The notes under the pieces were generated by a model. That model searched no databases, had not been told where the DNA came from, and worked only from the letters and a program-made list of their open reading frames with translations. This document shows positions 1 through 8,747 of a DNA stretch of 12,639 bases, piece by piece (position 1 is the first letter of the stretch; each line of letters opens with the position of its first letter). The position numbers and the translations under genes were made by a program. Source of the stretch: Naegleria gruberi (lineage: Eukaryota); NCBI GenBank assembly GCA_000004985.1, contig GG739000.1; one strand, written 5' to 3'.

Positions 1-434
1 TTCAGGATGTATCAATTTGTTTGTGGAATAATGGTTATTCGAATGCTGCACACATGCTTCCAGGAAATGGAAAGTATCAAATTGTGGACCTGAAATCATC
101 TGCCTTTTTAAAATGTAAAACTCAATATGAAACTGCCTACTCGTGCTTGAAGCTCAGCTCTAAGAGTGCTCAAGTATTCTTGAGTGCACCATCATTGCCA
201 GGTCTTGATATTTCATCAATGGTCATGAGTCGACCACCGATGGTTATCATGCCAGGTGGGGCCAAATTTAATAGCACAAGTTTGGAATATGAATATCCAT
301 CAAGTCCAACTCCAGTGGTTAGCAGTAGCAGTATTTCACCTGCCAAATCAAAAGCCAATAACAATTCTAATATGGTAGTTTTGAGCCAATTAGTGGTTGT
401 GTTGGTGGTTTTGGTTTTGAATTTACTTGTTTAA
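1..434 (+). CDS. 3'-terminal part of a Ser/Thr-rich secreted/surface-type protein with a C-terminal hydrophobic tail (GPI-anchor-signal-like); 5' partial, frame open to the window edge
   Basis: The frame is open from nt 3 to TAA at 432-434; the listed ORF 'start' at 21 is a TTG, not an ATG. The predicted C-terminus reads ...PSSPTPVVSSSSISPAKSKANNNSNMVVLSQLVVVLVVLVLNLLV*. That is a Ser/Thr-rich stretch, then small-residue candidate omega sites (S/A/N), a short polar spacer and a ~20-aa hydrophobic tail, which is the classic GPI-attachment layout. The antisense ORF at 170-364 is less protein-like. There is no homology evidence. Confidence 0.35.
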   Translation, partial: QDVSICLWNNGYSNAAHMLPGNGKYQIVDLKSSAFLKCKTQYETAYSCLKLSSKSAQVFLSAPSLPGLDISSMVMSRPPMVIMPGGAKFNSTSLEYEYPSSPTPVVSSSSISPAKSKANNNSNMVVLSQLVVVLVVLVLNLLV

Positions 435-760
435 TTTCAACTTCTTTATTGGGTTTTTTAAAAAATACAATTATTATCCTTAATGTGTATTTTCTGAATT
501 AATTCCACTTTTGAAAGAATGTCGAATGATTTGACAATTTAAATTTTTATTATTAAGGAATGATAATTGTATCATTCTTTTCATGAATCAAGTTTGATCA
601 TTCTTTCTTTCATAGAATCATCAAAATCTTGAGTACTCTATTTACACTGTATTCTGTAGGTGGTGATATCCATGAGAATACTCACCATTCCATTAAGGTC
701 CTTTGAGAGAGAGAATTAAATTAGTTATGATATCACACCAATTTCACCTCACACAACTAG

Positions 761-1303
761 TCATTCAATATAGGACTTGTTATTCACAGCAGCTGCAGTT
801 GGTGGACATGTCTTACTTCTCTGCACTGTACTAATTTCAGTGCGTGAAGAATGAACACCAACCAAACGTCCACACGACTTTAATTGAGGTAAAGCCTTTG
901 GAGAGGGCATGTAATCGGATGCTAAATAACCAGGAATGTAGGGAAGAGGTGATATTGACTTTTGTCTTGCAGCATCATGATTATTCTTCAATAGCATTGG
1001 AAAGCAAATCTTGTTATCAGCAAATGGATCACCATCATTATACAATTGAGAGTAGAGAATATTTTGATGGGGATGATAGTTTGAAAATTGCTTCGAGTCT
1101 TGTTTGAGACTATCATTGAGTGGATCACGAGGTGAATTTATAAAATCCTTACTAGTGAGTTTGGAAGTCTTTTTAACCTTCTTTTGTTTTTTACCTTCAA
1201 TGAGGCTTTGTTTCATCATGTTATGAAGTTTTTCTAATTGTTCCTCAGTGAGTGATTGTTTAACCGATGCTTTGGCATGAGTGAGAGCTGTATTACTCCC
1301 CAT
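761..1303 (-). CDS. hypothetical Lys-rich, low-complexity protein (180-aa ORF, ATG 1303-1301, TGA 763-761); possible extra 5' coding exon 1384..1553 joined by a 73-nt GT-AG intron (1311..1383)
   Basis: This is a long, stop-free reading frame on the minus strand in AT-rich DNA. Composition is K/E/S-rich (KKQKKVKKTSK), which looks like a nuclear or basic protein. The overlapping + strand ORF 844-1107 is the antisense shadow. On the minus strand, upstream ORF 1359-1553 joins in frame if GTGTAAG...CAAAATAG (1383->1311) is spliced out. The minus-strand AATAAA is at about 545-550. Confidence 0.45.
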   Translation of the reverse strand: MGSNTALTHAKASVKQSLTEEQLEKLHNMMKQSLIEGKKQKKVKKTSKLTSKDFINSPRDPLNDSLKQDSKQFSNYHPHQNILYSQLYNDGDPFADNKICFPMLLKNNHDAARQKSISPLPYIPGYLASDYMPSPKALPQLKSCGRLVGVHSSRTEISTVQRSKTCPPTAAAVNNKSYIE

Positions 1304-1627
1304 CTTTGATCTATTTTGAAAAAGAGAGTCAAATAATTGATAGTATTACTATTAAGTTTCAACAAGAATAAGTGGTCTTACACCTTAATAAACTTGCGGT
1401 GTAGTAGTTTGTTGTTGTTTTTAAAAGAAGAATTTTTATCAAATGATGACGACGAGTGGTTCTTTCTGGTGAGAAGTGACTATGTGAATGTCCTTGTTGA
1501 GCAGTTTTTTTTATGATGTTACGGTTTGGTTTTCGAACACTTGTGTTTTTCATTCTCCAAATAAGGTCAATTAAGGGTCACTTTTTATATTTGATTGTAC
1601 AGAGACCTTTTTGGTTTTTTTATCGCG

Positions 1628-3954
1628 NNNNNNNNNNNNNNNNNNNNNNNNNNNNNNNNNNNNNNNNNNNNNNNNNNNNNNNNNNNNNNNNNNNNNNNNN
1701 NNNNNNNNNNNNNNNNNNNNNNNNNNNNNNNNNNNNNNNNNNNNNNNNNNNNNNNNNNNNNNNNNNNNNNNNNNNNNNNNNNNNNNNNNNNNNNNNNNNN
1801 NNNNNNNNNNNNNNNNNNNNNNNNNNNNNNNNNNNNNNNNNNNNNNNNNNNNNNNNNNNNNNNNNNNNNNNNNNNNNNNNNNNNNNNNNNNNNNNNNNNN
1901 NNNNNNNNNNNNNNNNNNNNNNNNNNNNNNNNNNNNNNNNNNNNNNNNNNNNNNNNNNNNNNNNNNNNNNNNNNNNNNNNNNNNNNNNNNNNNNNNNNNN
2001 NNNNNNNNNNNNNNNNNNNNNNNNNNNNNNNNNNNNNNNNNNNNNNNNNNNNNNNNNNNNNNNNNNNNNNNNNNNNNNNNNNNNNNNNNNNNNNNNNNNN
2101 NNNNNNNNNNNNNNNNNNNNNNNNNNNNNNNNNNNNNNNNNNNNNNNNNNNNNNNNNNNNNNNNNNNNNNNNNNNNNNNNNNNNNNNNNNNNNNNNNNNN
2201 NNNNNNNNNNNNNNNNNNNNNNNNNNNNNNNNNNNNNNNNNNNNNNNNNNNNNNNNNNNNNNNNNNNNNNNNNNNNNNNNNNNNNNNNNNNNNNNNNNNN
2301 NNNNNNNNNNNNNNNNNNNNNNNNNNNNNNNNNNNNNNNNNNNNNNNNNNNNNNNNNNNNNNNNNNNNNNNNNNNNNNNNNNNNNNNNNNNNNNNNNNNN
2401 NNNNNNNNNNNNNNNNNNNNNNNNNNNNNNNNNNNNNNNNNNNNNNNNNNNNNNNNNNNNNNNNNNNNNNNNNNNNNNNNNNNNNNNNNNNNNNNNNNNN
2501 NNNNNNNNNNNNNNNNNNNNNNNNNNNNNNNNNNNNNNNNNNNNNNNNNNNNNNNNNNNNNNNNNNNNNNNNNNNNNNNNNNNNNNNNNNNNNNNNNNNN
2601 NNNNNNNNNNNNNNNNNNNNNNNNNNNNNNNNNNNNNNNNNNNNNNNNNNNNNNNNNNNNNNNNNNNNNNNNNNNNNNNNNNNNNNNNNNNNNNNNNNNN
2701 NNNNNNNNNNNNNNNNNNNNNNNNNNNNNNNNNNNNNNNNNNNNNNNNNNNNNNNNNNNNNNNNNNNNNNNNNNNNNNNNNNNNNNNNNNNNNNNNNNNN
2801 NNNNNNNNNNNNNNNNNNNNNNNNNNNNNNNNNNNNNNNNNNNNNNNNNNNNNNNNNNNNNNNNNNNNNNNNNNNNNNNNNNNNNNNNNNNNNNNNNNNN
2901 NNNNNNNNNNNNNNNNNNNNNNNNNNNNNNNNNNNNNNNNNNNNNNNNNNNNNNNNNNNNNNNNNNNNNNNNNNNNNNNNNNNNNNNNNNNNNNNNNNNN
3001 NNNNNNNNNNNNNNNNNNNNNNNNNNNNNNNNNNNNNNNNNNNNNNNNNNNNNNNNNNNNNNNNNNNNNNNNNNNNNNNNNNNNNNNNNNNNNNNNNNNN
3101 NNNNNNNNNNNNNNNNNNNNNNNNNNNNNNNNNNNNNNNNNNNNNNNNNNNNNNNNNNNNNNNNNNNNNNNNNNNNNNNNNNNNNNNNNNNNNNNNNNNN
3201 NNNNNNNNNNNNNNNNNNNNNNNNNNNNNNNNNNNNNNNNNNNNNNNNNNNNNNNNNNNNNNNNNNNNNNNNNNNNNNNNNNNNNNNNNNNNNNNNNNNN
3301 NNNNNNNNNNNNNNNNNNNNNNNNNNNNNNNNNNNNNNNNNNNNNNNNNNNNNNNNNNNNNNNNNNNNNNNNNNNNNNNNNNNNNNNNNNNNNNNNNNNN
3401 NNNNNNNNNNNNNNNNNNNNNNNNNNNNNNNNNNNNNNNNNNNNNNNNNNNNNNNNNNNNNNNNNNNNNNNNNNNNNNNNNNNNNNNNNNNNNNNNNNNN
3501 NNNNNNNNNNNNNNNNNNNNNNNNNNNNNNNNNNNNNNNNNNNNNNNNNNNNNNNNNNNNNNNNNNNNNNNNNNNNNNNNNNNNNNNNNNNNNNNNNNNN
3601 NNNNNNNNNNNNNNNNNNNNNNNNNNNNNNNNNNNNNNNNNNNNNNNNNNNNNNNNNNNNNNNNNNNNNNNNNNNNNNNNNNNNNNNNNNNNNNNNNNNN
3701 NNNNNNNNNNNNNNNNNNNNNNNNNNNNNNNNNNNNNNNNNNNNNNNNNNNNNNNNNNNNNNNNNNNNNNNNNNNNNNNNNNNNNNNNNNNNNNNNNNNN
3801 NNNNNNNNNNNNNNNNNNNNNNNNNNNNNNNNNNNNNNNNNNNNNNNNNNNNNNNNNNNNNNNNNNNNNNNNNNNNNNNNNNNNNNNNNNNNNNNNNNNN
3901 NNNNNNNNNNNNNNNNNNNNNNNNNNNNNNNNNNNNNNNNNNNNNNNNNNNNNN
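1628..3954. other. assembly gap (2327 N)
   Basis: Uninterrupted N run. All six-frame 'ORFs' crossing it (1513-4002, 1595-3970, 1611-3977, 1620-3959) are artefacts of translating N. Confidence 0.99.
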
Positions 3955-4285
3955 TTCATTCTTCGGTTAATTGCTGACTTGAAACCAGTCTCGTCATTAT
4001 GATCATCACAATAACACTCATCATTAGCATTATTCTTTTAAGAGATGGTTATTACTTTCATTGTTAATGAGGAAGGAACGGAGGAGGACATTTTTTAATA
4101 GATGTGATGAAAATTAATACGGTACTACTGTAGTAGGTACATTCCACTTTTGATTACAAAGATTGTTGTTTGTTATGATGAAAATAAGTAGAGCATGATG
4201 TAATGATGATAGTTTTTTTAAAATTGAATTTTTTTTGTTTTGAATTTTAAACGGCAAGACAAATGAAATTTTGGCGGCCCTTTTA

Positions 4286-6175
4286 TTATGGATCCATTTG
4301 AATGAGATTATGCTGTTGTTGATCTTCCTCTTGTTGATGAGATGCAACATGTTGACCTGGAAATGCATTTTGCAATTCTTCTTCATCCTCACTTAAAAAA
4401 TCATAGGATAGTTGCTCTCTGATTTCTCTTGCCTGTGAGGAAGAATTCTTTTTCATGTGATACCACAAGGCCAATAGAACAGCAACCAGGATAGTGGTTG
4501 ATGATGCAATCATTCCAGTTAATGGAAGAATATATCCATAGGATTCCTCTTCCTCAGCTGCTGTTGAATTGGTGCACACATGATTCTTGAATGAAATTCT
4601 GAAACCTTCAGGACAAAATGGAACTGCCTTCATTATGAACCTTTCTGTTTGATCTACAAAGTAGAAGGACAATCCATCAGTTGCAAAACGAACAGAGTGG
4701 AGTAACGCCGAATCGCTTTTAAAAACAAACTCAATCAAAGCATTTTCATCTCCAAGTTTCAAGCGATACACTCTTCCAATTGATGAGGTTATTTTTCGAA
4801 TCAAATACATACAAGTCACCATCATTGGTGTAGTGAACATCTTTAGGTTGAAGAGTGTTTTTGAAGCGTCACTTTCTGTATTGTATCCAGACACTCCAGG
4901 AATACCATAGATAGTAGAAATGATGCCGTCCTTTGAAACTGACATGATCTTGTGTATCTGCAATAACCATTTCGCCTTCAACACTGACAAAGAAGGAGGA
5001 AACTTCTTGAATTTTGGCCTCTGTTGCTGGAAGTCCATCACCCAAGCCACCTGCAACCTTGGTAAGAGTATTTCCTTTTACTTTCCATACGAAACGAGTT
5101 GGTTCGGTAAAGTAAATTTCATCTTCTGTTGGAATAAGAAGTAGTTGTAGCATCAGAACCAACAATTCTCACCAATTTACCATCAACAACCTTACTCACA
5201 AACATTTCATGGGCAACATGTATTTCATCCTTACTGTTAATCAAAACAGATGGTGGCATTTTCACATCGATAAACCTTTCCCAAGTTCCATCTGTTTTAA
5301 GCTTGAAAAGGAATGATCCAAATTTTAAGGCAATAATGAAATCACCATTTGAAAGTACATCAAAGGATGAAATAGAGGAGGTTTTTTCTTGACGAACTAG
5401 TTCCGTTTGACCAGTTTCGGCTTTGACAATAGTCAAAGAATCTAGAAGGCATAGATAAATATCACCATTATCCATTATTTTCATTTTACCTGGCAAAAAT
5501 ATTCTTGATAGATGCTCATATTTGGAATTTACCTTAAGGGTTTCCAAATTCAAAATTTTTAAACTATTGCCCTCAATAAAGAAAATCTGACGTCTAGACC
5601 GTGGGAGGTGAGAAGGATTGACAAATATTTTTATAAAAAATTTAGAAGTCACTCAAAAAACAAAAATTTGTTAAAGTCGAGCCGAAGGTTTATTGGACCA
5701 AGAGTGAGACAGTGTGTTCAAAGTATCAATTACCACTTGTTCTTCTAGAAACAAGTACTTCTGGGTAATTGTTGTTTGTTGTTTTTTTTTGTTGAATATT
5801 TAACGGTCAGAACAGACAACTTTCAGCGGTTTTTGGTTGGCGCGAAATTACCGTGATGTAACATTTTTTAGCTCACCTCCCTCGGTCTACTGACGTCAAT
5901 AGTAATCTCTTGACATTTCCAGTAGCTTGATCAATAACGAAAATCTCCTCTTCTTCTATTAAGACTTTGGTATCATTCCAAGCAAATCTTAGAGACATCC
6001 ATACTGGTTCTCCAATCACCGAATTTGTACCTTCTTCATTATCGGGAGAGATTGTTCCTCCAGCAATTCTCATGGTCCTCCATCTTAATGGAACTTTACT
6101 AACTCTCTCAATATTTGCAACTTGGCTTGTTGATGATGCCTTAATCATTATTTTGCTCCGATGAAATAACAACAT
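4286..6175 (-). CDS. multi-exon gene for a single-pass (type-I-like) membrane protein with a beta-propeller-like repeat ectodomain, a TM helix and an acidic cytoplasmic tail. Proposed exons: 5877..6175, 5181..5593, about 4968..5125, about 4286..4930 (last junction uncertain)
   Basis: ATG at 6175-6173 sits immediately after an in-frame TGA. Exon 1 ends ...CGA GGG AG|GTGAGC (donor at 5876-5875). Acceptor TCTAG|ACGTCAG at 5594 gives a 283-nt intron and an in-frame join (..SVDRGRRQIFF..). The second intron is 55 nt (5126..5180, GTAAAT...CCAACAG) and joins ..VSKVVD|EDEIYFTEP.. in frame. A third frame change near 4931-4967 could be a 37-nt GT-AG element or a real frameshift. The protein has repeated strand-rich blocks (DGKLVRIV, NGDFIIALKFGS, IYFTEP, DGIISTIYGIPG). 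A hydrophobic 23-mer (ILPLTGMIASSTTILVAVLLALW) is followed by KKNSSS..DFLSEDEEEL..QQEEDQQQ. Stop is TAATAA at 4288-4283, overlapping an AATAAA on the minus strand. No N-terminal signal peptide was found in exon 1. Confidence 0.55.
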
Positions 6176-6302
6176 TCATCAACAAAGCAATAGTAATGTA
6201 TAACACGATAGAGGTCCAAATTTTAATGGCTCCAACCCTCTCGATGGAGAATGAGCTCCTAGTAGAAGATCCTCCCTTATTGCAATTGTTTGTTGTCGTG
6301 TG

Positions 6303-6371
6303 CCCGCTAAACACTTACTGTCAAAGCGTGCTGGTACTTTGACGATTTTGCGTCAAGCTATTTTCGTCAAA
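6303..6371. repeat. left motif cluster: 9-mer CCCGCTAAA (6303-6311), then TTGACGATTTT (6339-6349), GCGTCAA (6350-6356) and TTTTCGTCAAA (6361-6371)
   Basis: TTGACGATTTT is identical to 8908-8918 in direct orientation. TTTTCGTCAAA is the exact reverse complement of TTTGACGAAAA at 8995-9005. CCCGCTAAA is the exact reverse complement of TTTAGCGGG at 9032-9040. Confidence 0.6.
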
Positions 6372-6610
6372 CAAGCGAAAAGTTGTCTTAGCAGGAGGGA
6401 ACTTGGAAATTTTTCCAATTTCAAATAACAAATAAATTTCCAAGTCAATAAATTTCAATTTATTAAAAGTATTGATATGCATAATAATGCACAGGAATAT
6501 ATTTCTCTTCATCAGGGAGTTTGACAACAACACATGGGAGCATTTCAAATGCTTCACTTCTACTAATCTCCCTTGTCTTATTGGTGGTGTTGGAAATTAA
6601 GGTAATCTCA

Positions 6611-7615
6611 TTAAAATCTTTTGAAAGATGCCACTTTGAAAACTTCGTTCGTTTTGATATCCTTGATACAATCTAATTCCTTTCTTACAACGTAGTGACC
6701 AACTATACATTCAGAGGCAATAAGAGGTTCATTTAAATCCATTAAATCACATAATTGGCACATATCAAAGTACATGATTGAATATCGAGCAGAATTTGAA
6801 CAAACGTAAGTCTTTGAGAGTGTGAAATTGAGCCCTTCTCCAATAAAAGCAGAATTTACACCAAGAGGGCCGTACATTCTACAAGAATTGACTAACTCAG
6901 TACAAATATGAAAGTTTGGTGTTGCTTTCTTTTCTCCAACCACTTTCTGATAATCAATTAACACTTGAAACAATTCAATCTCAATGTCTCCTAATTTGGA
7001 TAACTGAAATGAGTCTGTCAGCTTATCAATTATAGAGGCAAATCTATGAATTATTTCAACCTTTGATTCTATTTCCTTAAATCCTTCGATATGCGTAAAC
7101 AGCTCTAAATAATAATGACAGATCATGTAAATTTCAATTGCCTTTAGACTGTTCATAATCTGGCCATTTGTGGTCTTTCTAGGATGCTTGTGAAGGAATG
7201 ATGGATACTTTTGTTTCAGAAACAATGTCAAATCTTTCCCAGTATTGAACAGGGATCATTTTCATCATTTCTTGGAAAACTCCTTCATATAATACATGCA
7301 TTGAATCATAGCAACAAATATCTGATGGTGATGGATTCAATTCTTGATCCAAAATTGGTGAAATTGGATGCACAATAGAGTCTCCCTATGCAAAGACATC
7401 TTGATACTCATCTAAACAGCTCACCATTTGATTAATCATTTCATTCATATTTCTGACTGCGTGTTTATATCTAGCCAATTCTTTCTTAATTCTTTCATTC
7501 TCATCAACTAAATCATTATAGTGTTTCAAAAATGCAGAATTTGCAAATGATTCCGGAACTTCATTTGAATCATCATTGCTTGAAGAAGCCTTCTTGTTGG
7601 AAGGTTCATTGTAAG
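6611..7615 (-). pseudogene. transposase-derived ORF, C-terminal-region-like, recalling plant En/Spm-CACTA TNP2 (Transposase_21 + DUF4218) or fungal KDZ transposases. The reading frame is disrupted by an in-frame TAG (7388-7386) and a +1 shift near 7180-7230
   Basis: Three collinear minus-strand ORF pieces: 7425-7615, 7182-7385 (same frame, separated only by TAG) and 6611-7231 (shifted frame). Motifs, recalled from memory and not searched: ...DICCYDSMHVLYEGVFQEMM... resembles the D-x-MH-[IV]-EKN-V block. About 150 aa downstream, ...ATPNFHICTELVNSCRMYGPLGVNSAFIGEGLNFT...NSARYSIMYFD... resembles PK[ML]H-x-LVHL...GP...WMYPFER...ARPEGSIAEGY of DUF4218. There is no DDE-region counterpart upstream; that space is taken by a + strand ORF. 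This fits a truncated, decayed copy. Confidence 0.38.
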
Positions 7616-7722
7616 AAGAAGCATTCTTGGTAGAAGACTTTGGTCATGATGATAAAACCATTGTGCTCACCCATAAAGAGAGAGCAAAGATTTGTGAATT
7701 AGGTGAGAAAACCTCTCAAATA

Positions 7723-8070
7723 ATGCATGTTTGCTCTACCTACTTTGAAAAGTCAATTACAAAGCTTAACCAAGATGAAAGAAAGCTATTGTTTAAGATA
7801 ATATTTGATGCAATGGGTTGGAAAATAAGCAAACACAAGAACAAACTCAGTAAATACAGAGGTGTCTTTAGAACAATTGCAAGCAACCTTAAGAAAAAGA
7901 AGGGTGCAAAACAAAATGAATCAGTAAAGAAGAAGAAGACAGAACTTGAGGAGACCATCTCAAAAAAGAGAAAAGAAAGAGAGGAAAACAATGATTCTGG
8001 ATCATCCTCTTGTGAGGAAGAAACCATTGAAGAGGATTCCACTGATGATATGAGTGATGATGAATGTTGA
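7723..8070 (+). CDS. small Lys/Glu-rich protein (115 aa from the first ATG; frame open from 7615) with a basic KKKK/KRK core and an acidic Ser/Asp C-terminal tail (..SSSCEEETIEEDSTDDMSDDEC*)
   Basis: The 147-codon stop-free frame 7627-8070 has strongly biased charged composition. The opposite-strand ORF 7740-8153 is a poly-F/L/S antisense shadow. AATAAA at 8109-8114 lies 39 nt after the TGA (8068-8070). First ATG is at 7723. A GGTGAG at 7702-7707 could mark an upstream splice donor, so the 5' end is uncertain. Confidence 0.5.
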   Translation: MHVCSTYFEKSITKLNQDERKLLFKIIFDAMGWKISKHKNKLSKYRGVFRTIASNLKKKKGAKQNESVKKKKTELEETISKKRKEREENNDSGSSSCEEETIEEDSTDDMSDDEC

Positions 8071-8108
8071 TTGTAAAATGTTGGGTTATTAAATGGGAAT
8101 TTATTTTT

Positions 8109-8114
8109 AATAAA
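8109..8114 (+). other. polyadenylation signal AATAAA for the 7723-8070 gene
   Basis: Canonical hexamer 39 nt downstream of the stop, inside an A/T-rich tract. Confidence 0.4.
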
Positions 8115-8278
8115 AAAATGTCTACACATCAACTCCCTCATCATATCATACAAAACTGTCGGTTAGTACTACAACATTATTTTTACTACAATTTAAAATC
8201 ATCAGTGATCACTCATTAAATATTGAATAGTATCATTAATTTGTTAATACGATAATTGTTGGCGGAGTTTTATTGTTT

Positions 8279-8380
8279 ATTGGTTTGTTGTATTTAAATT
8301 TCTTAATTTCTTAATTTTTTAATTATTGTTGTTAGTTGGATTTATAAAGATTTTATTCTTCGAAATTGGTTTGTTGTATT
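8279..8380. repeat. 16-bp direct repeat ATTGGTTTGTTGTATT (8279-8294 and 8365-8380) flanking a tandem TCTTAATT x2 (8299-8314)
   Basis: Exact matches read from the sequence; AT-rich intergenic DNA downstream of the 7723-8070 gene. Confidence 0.6.
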
Positions 8381-8747
8381 ATTTTCATATTATATGATTT
8401 TACCTGCTACGGATCATCAAAATTATTCATCACAAGAAATTAGGTAATTTGTTATAATTCAATTTGTGCTAAACAGCACGATTTATATGCAAGCAACAGA
8501 TTTTGAACAGAAAACAATGTAAGTAATTTTGATTTATTATCATTAATTTTGAATGTAACTGAAGAGGTGAGTGATATTTCATCAGTTGGAGTGAGGATGA
8601 GGAGTGTAGATATTTTTTTCGGTTGGAAATTTGGAATGGAAGTGGATCTAATAATAGATGAGTTTGGAACTTGGAAATTTTACAAGATTTTGGAGTAAAT
8701 AATTGCTGGAATTTAGTCAATAATTGACAATAATTATTATGAATTTT

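Noticed and set aside
170-364. Short ORFs overlapping better ORFs on the opposite strand or in another frame (170-364, 844-1107, 4114-4392, 4920-5144, 5967-6164, 7740-8153, 10900-11196, 11562-11759, 11720-11917)
   Set aside because: They are antisense shadows of the longer, more protein-like ORFs. The telltale signs are poly-F/L/S composition or the W/C-rich frames that arise opposite K/E-rich coding.
1513-4002. Very long six-frame ORFs (829, 791, 788 and 779 aa; also 451, 447 and 448 aa at 9486-10912) made almost entirely of X
   Set aside because: They are translations of N runs across assembly gaps and carry no information.
5594-5876. snoRNA hosted in the 283-nt intron, which has a relatively GC-rich core GGTTGGCGCGAAATTACCGTGATG
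   Set aside because: I could not find a convincing C box (RUGAUGA) / D box (CUGA) pair with terminal stem, nor H/ACA boxes, on the transcribed strand. Only a 6-bp hairpin (CTTGTT..AACAAG) is present.
6321-6557. ORF 6321-6557 (78 aa) and ORF 8469-8720 (83 aa) in the AT-rich repeat regions; ORF 12435-12632 (65 aa)
   Set aside because: Low-complexity Ile/Lys/Asn/Leu-rich translations of AT-rich intergenic or repeat DNA. They overlap the motif clusters or a putative intron and have no start context or codon-usage support.
7386-7388. Possibility that TAG is a sense codon (ciliate-type code), which would explain the in-frame TAG
   Set aside because: Genes in the window end on TAA/TAATAA/TGA in good context. 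Long ORFs are uninterrupted in the standard code. Gln is encoded by CAA/CAG. One in-frame TAG inside a GT..AG-bounded 39-mer is better explained by an intron or a pseudogene lesion.
8430-8600. Cluster of splice-signal-like strings (AG|GTAATT at 8444, ATG|TAAGTA at 8519, GAG|GTGAGT at 8567, several ...CAG acceptors) suggesting a multi-exon non-coding transcript
   Set aside because: There is no ORF, no conserved structure and no support beyond dinucleotide signals that occur often by chance in this composition. Recorded only as a place to look in RNA-seq.
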